Of a stretch of DNA of 64,000 nt, positions 43,899-53,431 are shown one piece after another (within the stretch, counting starts at the first letter, position 1; every line of letters begins with the position of its first letter). The notes below the pieces were generated by a model. That model did no database searches. It saw only the letters and a program-made list of their open reading frames with translations, and was not told the DNA's origin. The position numbers and the translations under genes are program-made. The stretch is from assembly GCF_965228995.1 (NCBI RefSeq), contig NZ_OZ245852.1:2205493-2269492 (forward strand). Direction: 5' to 3'. The DNA comes from Novosphingobium sp. (GTDB taxonomy: Bacteria > Pseudomonadota > Alphaproteobacteria > Sphingomonadales > Sphingomonadaceae).

Positions 43899-45344
43899 TC
43901 ACGGCTGCGAAGCGGGTCGCGCTCCGGAAAAATCATCGCCGCCCAGCGCGCGGTAGAGCGCGACCATGTTGCTGGCCCGCAAGAGCCTCGCGTTGATCAG
44001 CGAGCGCTCGGAGGCATAAAGCGCCCGCTGCGCATCGAGGCTCTCGAGAAAGGAGGCCACGCCGCCGCGATACCGCTCGCCGGTGAGAAAGGCGGTGTCG
44101 CGCGCTGCTGCCTCGAGCGCTGTTTGCGCGGCGATCTGATCGGCAATCGTTGCCCGGCGCGCAAGGGCATCGGAGACGTCGCGAAAGGCGAGCTGGATCG
44201 CGCGCTGGTAAGTTGCTGTTGCGGCCTCGGCCTGTGCGCGTGCGGCCGCGAGATTGCCGCTGTTGGCCCCTCCGGCGAAGATCGGAACGCTCGCCGAAGC
44301 CCCGGCGTTATAAGCGAACGCGCCGCCGGTGAAGAGCCCGGACAGCGCCGAACTGGCAAGGCCGCCCACGGATGTCAGCGAAATGCGCGGGAAGAAGGCT
44401 GCGCGCGCAGCACCGATGCGGGCATTGGCGGCGCGCAGCTGGTATTCGGCCTCCACCACGTCCGGGCGGCGCAGCAGGATGCTGGAGGAAATCCCGACCG
44501 GAACCGGCCCGACCTGATCGTCCACGCTCTCGATCGCGCCGGGCAGATCGGCATCGGTAACCGGCCCGCCAATCAGGAGTTCGAGTGCGTTGCGATCCTG
44601 CTCCACAATCGTGGTGAGGTTGGCCACATCGGAACGCGCCGTGGCCTCGATCGTTTCGGCCTGTCGCAGATCGGTGCGGGGGGCGATGCCACCCTTCAGG
44701 CGCGCGCTCGTGAGCGCCACGCTGCGCTGCGCGCTGGCGGCGGTCTGCTTGGCGATGGCCAGCAGGCTGCGGTCGGCCGCGAGAGTGAAGTAGGCGTCGG
44801 CGATGTCGGCGGCGAGGGTCAGCCGCGTCGCGCGCGCTGCTTGTTCGGTGGCAAGATAGGCGTTCAGCTGCGCGTCGCTCAGGCTGCGCAGCCGTCCGAA
44901 GAGATCGAGTTCGAAAGCCGATGCGCCGAGGTTGACGCTGTAGTTCTCACGCTGACCACCGCTGGTTGCGCCGCCATTCACGCCGGCATTGCCGTTGCCG
45001 CTCTCGCTCACGCTGGCGGCAGCCGAGCCGTTGATCGCGGGGAGCAGCGCGGCTCGCTGAACGCGGTACAAGGCGCGCGCGGCGGTAACGTTGGCAAGAG
45101 CCGCCTTGAGGTTCTGGCTGTGGTCAAGGCTGCGCCCGATCAGTGCTTGCAGCCGGGGCTCGCGAAAGATCGCGCGGTAGCTGAGTGAGGCGAGATCGGT
45201 CTCGCTCGCCAGCAGAGCCGGATCGGCGATGCGCCAGCCTGCTGGAACAGCCGGCAGGGGCCGCACGTATTTTGGCTGCAGGCTGCATGCGCCGAGCGTG
45301 CCCGCAAGCGATGCGATCAGCAGGAGCGGAGCGGCGCGCTTCAT
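43899..45344 (-). CDS. RND efflux outer-membrane factor lipoprotein (NodT/OprM family)
   Basis: Lipobox LGACS, 481 aa, TolC-like repeated coiled-coil structure. It is the last gene of the MFP-RND-OMF operon. Confidence 0.9.
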   Translation of the reverse strand: MKRAAPLLLIASLAGTLGACSLQPKYVRPLPAVPAGWRIADPALLASETDLASLSYRAIFREPRLQALIGRSLDHSQNLKAALANVTAARALYRVQRAALLPAINGSAAASVSESGNGNAGVNGGATSGGQRENYSVNLGASAFELDLFGRLRSLSDAQLNAYLATEQAARATRLTLAADIADAYFTLAADRSLLAIAKQTAASAQRSVALTSARLKGGIAPRTDLRQAETIEATARSDVANLTTIVEQDRNALELLIGGPVTDADLPGAIESVDDQVGPVPVGISSSILLRRPDVVEAEYQLRAANARIGAARAAFFPRISLTSVGGLASSALSGLFTGGAFAYNAGASASVPIFAGGANSGNLAAARAQAEAATATYQRAIQLAFRDVSDALARRATIADQIAAQTALEAAARDTAFLTGERYRGGVASFLESLDAQRALYASERSLINARLLRASNMVALYRALGGDDFSGARPASQP

Positions 45345-48300
45345 GCGGGTTTGTGCTTTCGGCTGAATGTCCGGCGCACGAGCACGAAGAACAGCGGTAC
45401 GAAGAAGATCGCCAGCGCGGTTGCCGTCAACATGCCGCCCATCACGGCGGTGCCGATCTCGACCCGGCTCCTGGCCCCCGCGCCAGTCGAAAGCGCGAGG
45501 GGGAGTACGCCGAAGATGAAGGCAAGGCTGGTCATGACGATTGGACGCAGCCGCAGCCGTGCCGCTTCGAGCGCGGCATCCACCGCCGATTTGCCTGACT
45601 TTTGGGCCTGTTCGGCAAATTCGATGATGAGGATCGCGTTCTTGGCCGAAAGACCCATGGTGGTCAGCAAGCCGACCTGGAAGAACACGTCATTGTCCAG
45701 TCCGCGCAGCCAAACCGCCAGCGCTGCGCCAAGCAGGCCGACCGGGATCACGAGCATGACTGCGAAGGGGATCGACCAGCTTTCATAAAGCGCGGCGAGG
45801 CACAGGAACACGACGAGCAGCGAGATCGCATACAGGAACGGAGCCTGATTGCCTGACAGTCGCTCCTGATAGGACAGATCCGACCATGCCACCGACGTTC
45901 CGGCTTGCTTTGCCGCCAGCGCGGCAATCGCGTTCATCGCCTCGCCCGAACTGTGCCCGGGCGCGGCCTGTCCCTGGATCTGGTACGCCGGCGTCGCGTT
46001 GAAGCGGGAAAGGTTCGAGGGTGCCTGACCCCAGCTCACTTTCGCGAAGGAAGAGAAGGGCGCCATGGTCCCCGTGCTGCCGCGCACGAACCAGTTGGCA
46101 AGGTCTTCCGGCCGGCTGCGATAGGGTGCGTCACCCTGGACATAGACGCGCTTGACCCGGCCGCGGTCGATGAAATCATTCACGTAAGTGCCGCCCCACG
46201 CGGTGGCGAGCGTCTGGTCTACTTGCGCGGATGTCAGCCCCAGCGCGCCGATTTTCTCGTCGTCCAGCGTGACGGCAAGCGTCGGATTGTCCTCGAGCGC
46301 GCCGAGGCGGACAGCGGCAAGCGCGGGATCGCTTTGTGCGTCCTGCAGCAGGGCATCGCGCCGGGCCTTGAAGTCCGCGCGGCTGAGGCCCCCGGTGTTG
46401 AGGAATTGCATCGTGAAACCGTTCGACTGGCCCAGGCCGCGGACGGCTGGCGGTGCCAGCGCAAAGAATTCGGCGTCGCGCAGTTGCTTGCCCAGTTCGC
46501 CGGTCGCGCGCTTGGTGATCGCATCGGAGCTCAGCGCGCTTCCCGTGCGCTGGTCCCACGGTTTCAGCAGGATGAAGCCGCGCCCGGCATTCTGCCCGCC
46601 GCCACCGCCGCCGCCCTGGCCAGACACGGTATAGACCGCCTCGACCCCGTCGCGCATCGCTGTGTGGAAGTAGTCCTGAATGATCTTGGCAACAGCCTCG
46701 GTGCGCGGCAGCGTCGCGCCCGGCGGCAGCGTATACTGAAGCTGCGCGCGGCCTTGATCCTCGACCGGCAGGAAGCTGGAGGGGAGGAAGTTGAACACCA
46801 GCACCAGCAGGCCGACGATCGCGGCATAAGCAGCCATCGCCTGCCCCGAGCGGGCGATCGTTTTCGCAACGCGTTCCCGGTAGCGATCCGATGTCCGGGC
46901 GAACCATGCGTTGAAGCGCTCGCCCTGCTGCGCAGCCCATCCGCCGATGCCGCTCCGGGGTTTCGCTGAGGCATCGGGACGTTTCAGCAAGGTCGAGGTG
47001 AGCGCCGGCGTCAACACCAGCGCGACCACGACCGAAAGCGCCATGGAGGCGACGATGGTGATCGAAAACTGCTTGTAGATGACGCCAACCGAACCGCCGA
47101 AAAACGCCATGGGCAGGAACACCGCCGAAAGCACGAGTGCAATCGCGATGAGCGCTGTCTGGATCTCGCCCATCGACTTGATCGTGGCATCGTGCGCGGA
47201 GATATCGGGGTCCTCATCCATCACCCGTTCGACATTCTCGACCACCACGATCGCATCGTCGACGAGGAGGCCGATCGAAAGCACCATGCCGAACAGCGTC
47301 AACGTGTTGATGCTGAAGCCCGCGATGGCCAGCACGCCGAACGTGCCCAGCAGCACGACCGGCACCGCGATGGCGGGGATCAGCGTCGCCTTCCAGCTCT
47401 GCAGGAAGACAAACATTACGATGACCACCAGGACGATGGCCTCGAACAGGGTCTTGACGACTTCTTCGACCGAGAGGCGGATGAAAGTCGTGCTATCGAC
47501 CGGGTAGGCGAACTTGAAGCCCTCGGGGAAGGTCGCGGATTGGGCCTGGACTTCGGCCTTGACCAGCTCGGCTGTCTTGAGCGCGTCCGCACCCGGCGCG
47601 AGCTGCACGGCAAGGCCAGCGGCGGGGTGGCCGTTGAACCGGCTGACGATGCTGTAGTTTTCCGCGCCCAGTTCGATCCGCGCCACGTCCTGCAGCAGCA
47701 CGCGCGATCCGTCGCTTTTGGTCTTGAGCACGATCTTGCGGAATTCCTCGGGCGTGGTCAGCCGCGAGCGCGCCGTGACCGTGGCGGTCAGACGCTGCTC
47801 TTCGGAGGAGGGCGGGGCGCCGATCTGGCCCGCCGCAACCTGCGTGTTCTGCGCCTGGATCGCGATTGTCACGTCTGAGGGCATGAGGCCGACTGCGGCC
47901 AGCTTGAAGGGATCGAGCCAGATCCGCATCGCATACTGCGATCCGAACACGCTGACATCGCCTACGCCATCAATCCGCCCGATCCGGTCCTGCAGGTTCG
48001 AGACGAGGAAGTCCGAGACGTCGTTGTTGGTCACCTGGTCGGTCGAATCGTAGACCGAGACGATCATCAGGAAGTCCGAACTGGCCTTGGTGACTGTCAG
48101 CCCTTGCTGCTGGACCTGCTGCGGAAGGCGGGCCAGGGCTTGCTGCACCTTGTTCTGGACCTGCACTTGCGCAATGTCCGGGTTGATGCCCTTTCTGAAG
48201 GTTGCGGTGATCGCAGCCGAGCCGGATGAGCTCGACGACGAGGTGAAATAGAGCAGGCCATCGATGCCGGTCAGCTGTTGCTCGATGATCTGGGTGACGC

Positions 48301-48481
48301 TGGATTCGAGCGTTTCCGCCGAAGCGCCGGGATAGTTCGCGCGGATGTTGACCGCTGGCGGCGCGATATCGGGATATTGCTCGATCGGCAGGGTGTAGAC
48401 CGCGCCAAGGCCGCCCAGCATGATGACGATCGCGATCACCCACGCAAAGATCGGACGGTCGATGAAGATGCGGGAGATCAT
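45341..48481 (-). CDS. RND multidrug efflux permease (AcrB/MexB family)
   Basis: MISRIFIDRPIFAWVIAIVIMLGG is the canonical AcrB start, with 12 TM segments and about 1045 aa. The ORF track uses an upstream TTG at 48598. Coordinates approximate to ±1. Confidence 0.95.
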   Translation of the reverse strand: MISRIFIDRPIFAWVIAIVIMLGGLGAVYTLPIEQYPDIAPPAVNIRANYPGASAETLESSVTQIIEQQLTGIDGLLYFTSSSSSSGSAAITATFRKGINPDIAQVQVQNKVQQALARLPQQVQQQGLTVTKASSDFLMIVSVYDSTDQVTNNDVSDFLVSNLQDRIGRIDGVGDVSVFGSQYAMRIWLDPFKLAAVGLMPSDVTIAIQAQNTQVAAGQIGAPPSSEEQRLTATVTARSRLTTPEEFRKIVLKTKSDGSRVLLQDVARIELGAENYSIVSRFNGHPAAGLAVQLAPGADALKTAELVKAEVQAQSATFPEGFKFAYPVDSTTFIRLSVEEVVKTLFEAIVLVVIVMFVFLQSWKATLIPAIAVPVVLLGTFGVLAIAGFSINTLTLFGMVLSIGLLVDDAIVVVENVERVMDEDPDISAHDATIKSMGEIQTALIAIALVLSAVFLPMAFFGGSVGVIYKQFSITIVASMALSVVVALVLTPALTSTLLKRPDASAKPRSGIGGWAAQQGERFNAWFARTSDRYRERVAKTIARSGQAMAAYAAIVGLLVLVFNFLPSSFLPVEDQGRAQLQYTLPPGATLPRTEAVAKIIQDYFHTAMRDGVEAVYTVSGQGGGGGGGQNAGRGFILLKPWDQRTGSALSSDAITKRATGELGKQLRDAEFFALAPPAVRGLGQSNGFTMQFLNTGGLSRADFKARRDALLQDAQSDPALAAVRLGALEDNPTLAVTLDDEKIGALGLTSAQVDQTLATAWGGTYVNDFIDRGRVKRVYVQGDAPYRSRPEDLANWFVRGSTGTMAPFSSFAKVSWGQAPSNLSRFNATPAYQIQGQAAPGHSSGEAMNAIAALAAKQAGTSVAWSDLSYQERLSGNQAPFLYAISLLVVFLCLAALYESWSIPFAVMLVIPVGLLGAALAVWLRGLDNDVFFQVGLLTTMGLSAKNAILIIEFAEQAQKSGKSAVDAALEAARLRLRPIVMTSLAFIFGVLPLALSTGAGARSRVEIGTAVMGGMLTATALAIFFVPLFFVLVRRTFSRKHKPA

Positions 48482-48488
48482 GCCTCGA

Positions 48489-49709
48489 TCAGGGCTTTGG
48501 CGAACGCGCGGAGGGGGCGCGGCCTGCCGCCGGCCTTGAACCGGCCGGTACCGGTACGATCTTGCCGTCGGGCTTGATCTTGCCCAGTCCTTCGACAATC
48601 ACCCGGTCGCCCGGCTTCAGCCCGGCGGTTACCAGCCACTTGTCTCCGATGGTCTGCTCGGCCGTGATGCTGGCCCGCTTTGCGGTGTTGGCGGGGCCGA
48701 CGAGCATGACTGTGGCGACACCCCGCGCATCACGCGAAACGCCCGCTTGCGGCACGAGCATGCCGCGCGCGACCGTCGCCTGCGAGAGCACCGCGCGCAC
48801 GTACATGCCGGGAAGCAGGAGGCCGGCGGGATTGGGAAAGCGCGCGCGCAAGGTCACTGTTCCGGTCGTGGGATCGACCATCGCTTCGGCAAACTGGAGC
48901 GTGCCGGTATAGCCATAGCTGCTGCCATCCTCGAGCGTGAGGCTGACGGCCGCCGACGACGGCGAGGTCGTGCCCGATGCGAGCGAGCGGCGCAGTTTGA
49001 GCAGATCCACGCTTGATTGCTGGATATCGACATAGATCGGATCGAGCCGCTGGATCGTGGTGAGCGGGTCGGCCTGGTTTGCGGTCACCAGCGCGCCAGT
49101 GGTGGCGAGCGAGCGGCCGATCCGCCCGGTGATCGGTGCGGGCACGCGCGTGAAGCGCAAGTTGATCTGCGCGGTATCGAGCTGCGCGCGCGATTGCGCG
49201 ACACTGGCGGCTGCCTGACGCGAAGCGGCAAGCGCGTCGGTGTAGTCCTGCTTGCTCACAGCTTCGATGTCGGCCAGCGGCCGCAGCCGTTCTGCCTTCT
49301 GGGCAGCCGAGCTGCGCGCCGCGTTCGCGCTGGCGAGATTGGCTTCGGCCTGCGCCGCAGCGGCGCGGTAGAGGCTGGGGTCGATCTGGTAGAGCGTCTG
49401 CCCGGCGCGGACCAGCGTACCTTCGGTAAACAGCCTTTCGCGGATCACGCCCGAAACCTGTGGCCGGACTTCGGATACTTCATACGCCGCAGTGCGGCCT
49501 GCCAGTACGATCGGGAGCGCCACCGCTTCCTCGCGTACGACGACATAGCCTGCTTCAGGCGTGGGCGGCATACGCTTTGCAGGCTGCCCCGAGCATCCGG
49601 CGAGGAGAGCGCTGAAGCTCAATGCGGAGCAAACTGCGAGGCGAAAGGAGCCATTGCGGCCCGCAGGGTGGCTGGCCGAAACCGTGGTCCGCCAATGTCC
49701 GGGTATCAC
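48489..49709 (-). CDS. RND efflux periplasmic adaptor (membrane fusion protein, AcrA/MexA family)
   Basis: Lipobox LLAGCSG, then lipoyl/beta-barrel MFP motifs (..VSGVIRERLFTEGTLVRAGQTLYQIDP..). Confidence 0.9.
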   Translation of the reverse strand: MIPGHWRTTVSASHPAGRNGSFRLAVCSALSFSALLAGCSGQPAKRMPPTPEAGYVVVREEAVALPIVLAGRTAAYEVSEVRPQVSGVIRERLFTEGTLVRAGQTLYQIDPSLYRAAAAQAEANLASANAARSSAAQKAERLRPLADIEAVSKQDYTDALAASRQAAASVAQSRAQLDTAQINLRFTRVPAPITGRIGRSLATTGALVTANQADPLTTIQRLDPIYVDIQQSSVDLLKLRRSLASGTTSPSSAAVSLTLEDGSSYGYTGTLQFAEAMVDPTTGTVTLRARFPNPAGLLLPGMYVRAVLSQATVARGMLVPQAGVSRDARGVATVMLVGPANTAKRASITAEQTIGDKWLVTAGLKPGDRVIVEGLGKIKPDGKIVPVPAGSRPAAGRAPSARSPKP

Positions 49710-49929
49710 GTTGGAGCGGCGCCTTTCTTACTTGCAATCGACCATGGCGCGCACTCCAATGCGCGGCGGGTCCGCACAGGCGAAAACCCGCCGGCAGACC
49801 CGGCGTTCCCATTGTACCATCACCTTTTTTTGGAGGGCGCGCAATCTCCCAACTTGTATCAGCAGCGCAAGCAACACGATCGCCGGATGAAGCCGCTAAA
49901 GCTTCGATCCCCTGCGCCCGGATCAGGTT

Positions 49930-50517
49930 CTACAGCGCAAGGCGCCTCTTGATCGCCTCGCGCGAGACCGCCAGCATGGCAACGGCATCGTCGCCTTCGC
50001 CCATCGCGCGCGCCAGTGCCATGGCGCCAACCATTTCCGCGACGACCGAAGCTGCCACGGCTTCGGCGGCTTCGGGGCTGTGCCCGGACGCCTTCAGGAC
50101 CCTCGCAAAGGCGGCGCGCATTGCAGCGATACCGGATTGAAAACGCGTCCGGGCAGCGGGCGGCATGCGCAGCACTTCGCCCGACAGCCAGGGCAGGGGG
50201 CAACCCCGATCATGGCGGCGCATGGCACTTTCCGAGAGATAGGCGTCGACCAAGCCGGCTGGATCCGGGGCTTTTGTGTCCCCCGAAAGATGCTTTGCCC
50301 AGAGCTTGGTGCTGTCCTCGAACATGCGATCAACGGCATGAACCACCAGATCGTCCCGGTTCTCGAAGTGCGCATAAAAGCCGCCATGCGTCAGGCCGGC
50401 GCGCTGCATCAGATTGGACACGCTGAGGCCCTCGGTGCCACTACTGCGCAAGGCGCGTGCGGCCTCGTCGAGAATGCGGGCGCGGACTTTGGCCTTGTGG
50501 GCGCTCTTGTCAGCCAT
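49930..50517 (-). CDS. TetR-family regulator adjacent to the efflux operon
   Basis: ARILDEAARALRSSGTEGLSVSNLMQRAGLTHGGFYAHFENRDDL is a TetR HTH. The start may be at 50538. Confidence 0.85.
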   Translation of the reverse strand: MADKSAHKAKVRARILDEAARALRSSGTEGLSVSNLMQRAGLTHGGFYAHFENRDDLVVHAVDRMFEDSTKLWAKHLSGDTKAPDPAGLVDAYLSESAMRRHDRGCPLPWLSGEVLRMPPAARTRFQSGIAAMRAAFARVLKASGHSPEAAEAVAASVVAEMVGAMALARAMGEGDDAVAMLAVSREAIKRRLAL

Positions 50518-50644
50518 GTCGCTCAGCTCTCCTCGCATACCCGCCGCCCATCGCCGGTGCTACGGCATATACCGGCGGGGCAGCGGAGGCCAAAGGCGGC
50601 GTCGGCGCAATCCGGATGGCTGCAATTCGCATCGTCATGCTCCT

Positions 50645-52180
50645 TCAATGTGCTGCATCGGCCGGGGGCGGGGCACCGCGATCGATCTTGCAGAACGGCA
50701 CCAGCACGAGCGCTACGACGAACATCCACGCCATGATGCGAAACACCTCGTCGAATCCGATCGTCAGCGCCTCGCGTCCGATCAAGCGGCCGAGCAGAGC
50801 CTGCGCCATGAGCGCGCCGTGGGCGCTGTCTGGCCCGGCCCGGGCGGCAAGCGCGTTGACGAGTTCCGCTGCAGCGTGGCCCGAATGCCCGAGCGATTCC
50901 GAGAGCCTTGCGGCGGCGATGTGCGTGTCGTCCTGAAGCCAGCTGTTGACCACCGCGATGCCGATTGCGCCGCCCAGATTGCGCATGAGATTGAACAGGC
51001 CCGATGCCGCGCCAAGGTCTTGCGGCGGCACCCCCTGAAGCGCCATGTTCACCGATGGCACGATGCACAGCATCAGCGCAAACCCGCGCACCAGCTGCGG
51101 CAAGAGCAGTTCAGCAAAGCCCCACTCGCTGGTCATGCCCGAGGTCATCCACAGGCTGAGCGCAAACAGCGAGAGACCCACCGCGATCATCCAGCGCAAG
51201 TCGATCCGCATCGCCAGCGAGGCGGCGACGACCGTTGATGCGAGTTGCGCGATCCCGACCACGAAGATGGTCTGCCCGATCTGCAGCGCGCTGAACCCGC
51301 GCACCTGGGCAAGATAGACCGGCACGAGATAGATCGAGGAATAGAGACCGAACCCGATCACCAGATTGAACAGGCAGGCAAAGGCAAAGATGGGGCGCCG
51401 GAACGGACGCAGGCTCACAATCGGCGTGGGGGAGAATACCGCCCGCTCAACAAACAGGGCAAATCCCACGAGCGAAGCCCAGGCGGCAATCGCGATCTTG
51501 TCGTCGCCAAGCCAATCGTGCCGGGGCCCTTCCTCGAGCACATATTCCAGCGCGCCGAGGAACACCGCCATGGCGCCGAGGTGTGCCCAATCAATCCGGC
51601 GCAGCAGGGCGGGGCTCGCGTGGTCGATCCGCAGCAGGACGGCGCATGAAGTCGCGACCACAAAGCCTGGCAGCACATTCACGAAGAACAGCCAGCGCCA
51701 ATCGAGTACGTCGGTGATGAGGCCGCCCGCCGAAGGTCCCAGCGCCGGGGCCAGCACGCCGACAGTGCCAAGGATCGCCGGGATCATTGCGCGCTGCTTG
51801 CCCTCAAACAGAGTGTAGCCGACCGCGAAGACCAGTGGCACCATGGCCCCGCCGGTAAACCCCTGCAGCGCCCGGAACGCCACCATTGATCCGATCGACC
51901 ACGACAGCCCGCACAGCAGACTGAACAGCGTGAACAGCGCAGCCGAACCCACGAACAGCCAGCGGGTGGAAAGCGCGCGGGCGAGAAAGCCCGAAAGCGG
52001 GATCATCACGAGTTCGGCCATGAGATAGGCTGTCTGCACCCAGCTCACCTCGTCGGCGCCGGCCGAAAGCCCTGCGGCAAGTTCGCGCTGCGAGGCGGAG
52101 ACGATCTGGATGTCGAACAGCGCCAGAAACTGCCCGAACGCCATCAGCCCGAAGATCAGGAACTTGCGGCGCGCTGGCAT
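50645..52180 (-). CDS. MFS transporter, DHA2/EmrB-QacA family (14 TMS)
   Basis: FLIFGLMAFGQFLALFDIQIVSAS...MIPLSGFLARALSTRWLFVGSA...ALQGFTGGAMVPL are EmrB-type motifs. Confidence 0.9.
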   Translation of the reverse strand: MPARRKFLIFGLMAFGQFLALFDIQIVSASQRELAAGLSAGADEVSWVQTAYLMAELVMIPLSGFLARALSTRWLFVGSAALFTLFSLLCGLSWSIGSMVAFRALQGFTGGAMVPLVFAVGYTLFEGKQRAMIPAILGTVGVLAPALGPSAGGLITDVLDWRWLFFVNVLPGFVVATSCAVLLRIDHASPALLRRIDWAHLGAMAVFLGALEYVLEEGPRHDWLGDDKIAIAAWASLVGFALFVERAVFSPTPIVSLRPFRRPIFAFACLFNLVIGFGLYSSIYLVPVYLAQVRGFSALQIGQTIFVVGIAQLASTVVAASLAMRIDLRWMIAVGLSLFALSLWMTSGMTSEWGFAELLLPQLVRGFALMLCIVPSVNMALQGVPPQDLGAASGLFNLMRNLGGAIGIAVVNSWLQDDTHIAAARLSESLGHSGHAAAELVNALAARAGPDSAHGALMAQALLGRLIGREALTIGFDEVFRIMAWMFVVALVLVPFCKIDRGAPPPADAAH

Positions 52181-52257
52181 GGCGGTCGGATTGGCCGACC
52201 AATCTTCGCCGCTTGCAAGGATCCGCGCAGGAATCATTCGGGGAGGGCGCCTCTGGA

Positions 52258-52289
52258 CATATGAGGTAGGTCATATATATGATGATCAT
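52258..52289 (+). promoter_or_regulatory. cluster of ATGA/TCAT palindromes in the divergent emrB-like/emrA-like intergenic region
   Basis: CATATGAGGTAGGTCATATATATGATGATCAT contains a perfect TCATATATATGA and ATGATCAT. This is a candidate operator. Confidence 0.35.
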
Positions 52290-52313
52290 AATTTCAACAA
52301 GAGCCGATCCCCC

Positions 52314-53426
52314 ATGTCGACAAGCAGCGCAGACCCCGCTTTGGAAACGCCGCCCGCGAGGTCTTCGCGCATTGGGCGGGGCGTGCTTGCGGCCGGCACG
52401 GCGCTGATCGTGGCAGGGCTCGGTGCGGCGTGGATCCTTGCCGAGCCATCCAGCCAGACCACCGAGGACGCATACCTTACGGCTGATTCAACCACTGTCG
52501 CGCCGCGGGTGAAGGGTTTTGTCAGCGCTGTGCTGGTGCGTGAAAACCAGCCGGTGCAGGCGGGGCAGCCGCTCTTGCGCATTGATGCGGAGGAATTTGC
52601 CGCGCGCGCTGCCGGTGCTGCTGCCGATCTGGCTTTGGCCGATGCAGAAGTGGCGTCCGCGCGTGCCGCACTTGCGCGCCAGCAGGATGAAGAGGCACTT
52701 GCCGCTGCGCAGACCCTTGCGGCTACCACTGCCATTCGCGCAAGCGAGGCCAGCAACGGTCAGGCTCAGGCCGATGAACGGCGCTTTGGCGCGCTGGCTG
52801 CAACTGGTGCTGTCGCCGTGCGGGAGGCCGAAAGTTATCGCACCGCCGCGATCGGCGCGCAGCAGGCAAAGGCGCGCGCGCAGGCAGACCTTGTCGTCGC
52901 GCAGCGTCAGGCGGCGGTGACGCACGCGCGCCGTGCCGATCTGCTCGCGGCGCTGGCCCGCGCCGAAGCCGGCAAGGAGAAGGCCCGCGCGGCGGCCGAT
53001 CTGGCGGGGCAAGACTTGCGCCACGCGGTGATCACCGCACCGATTGCCGGTGTCGTCGCCAATCGGCAAGTGCGCGTGGGCGACTATGTGCAGCCGGGCA
53101 CGCGCGCGCTCACGCTGGTTCCGCTGGACACGATCTACGTCACGGCCAATTTCAAGGAAACGCAGACCCGGCACATGCACGCCGGCCAGCCTGCCAGGGT
53201 CAGCATCGATGCACTTGGCAGCGAGAGCCTGAGCGGGACGGTCGAGAGCCTCGCGCCGGGCTCAGCTTCCACTTTTGCGCTGCTGCCCTTCGAGCCGGGC
53301 ACCGGCAATTACACCAAGATCGTCCAGCGCGTGCCGGTGCGCATCAGGCTCGATGCCGGGCAACCGGGCCTTGCGAACCTGCGCCCCGGCCTATCCGCCA
53401 CTGCAACGGTGCGCGTGGCTGGATAA
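52314..53426 (+). CDS. HlyD-family secretion adaptor (EmrA-like)
   Basis: N-terminal TM, long coiled-coil (repeated AxARAxLA segments) and beta-barrel (VITAPIAGVVANRQVRVGDYV). It is divergent from the EmrB-like gene. Confidence 0.85.
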   Translation: MSTSSADPALETPPARSSRIGRGVLAAGTALIVAGLGAAWILAEPSSQTTEDAYLTADSTTVAPRVKGFVSAVLVRENQPVQAGQPLLRIDAEEFAARAAGAAADLALADAEVASARAALARQQDEEALAAAQTLAATTAIRASEASNGQAQADERRFGALAATGAVAVREAESYRTAAIGAQQAKARAQADLVVAQRQAAVTHARRADLLAALARAEAGKEKARAAADLAGQDLRHAVITAPIAGVVANRQVRVGDYVQPGTRALTLVPLDTIYVTANFKETQTRHMHAGQPARVSIDALGSESLSGTVESLAPGSASTFALLPFEPGTGNYTKIVQRVPVRIRLDAGQPGLANLRPGLSATATVRVAG

Positions 53427-53431
53427 AAGCC

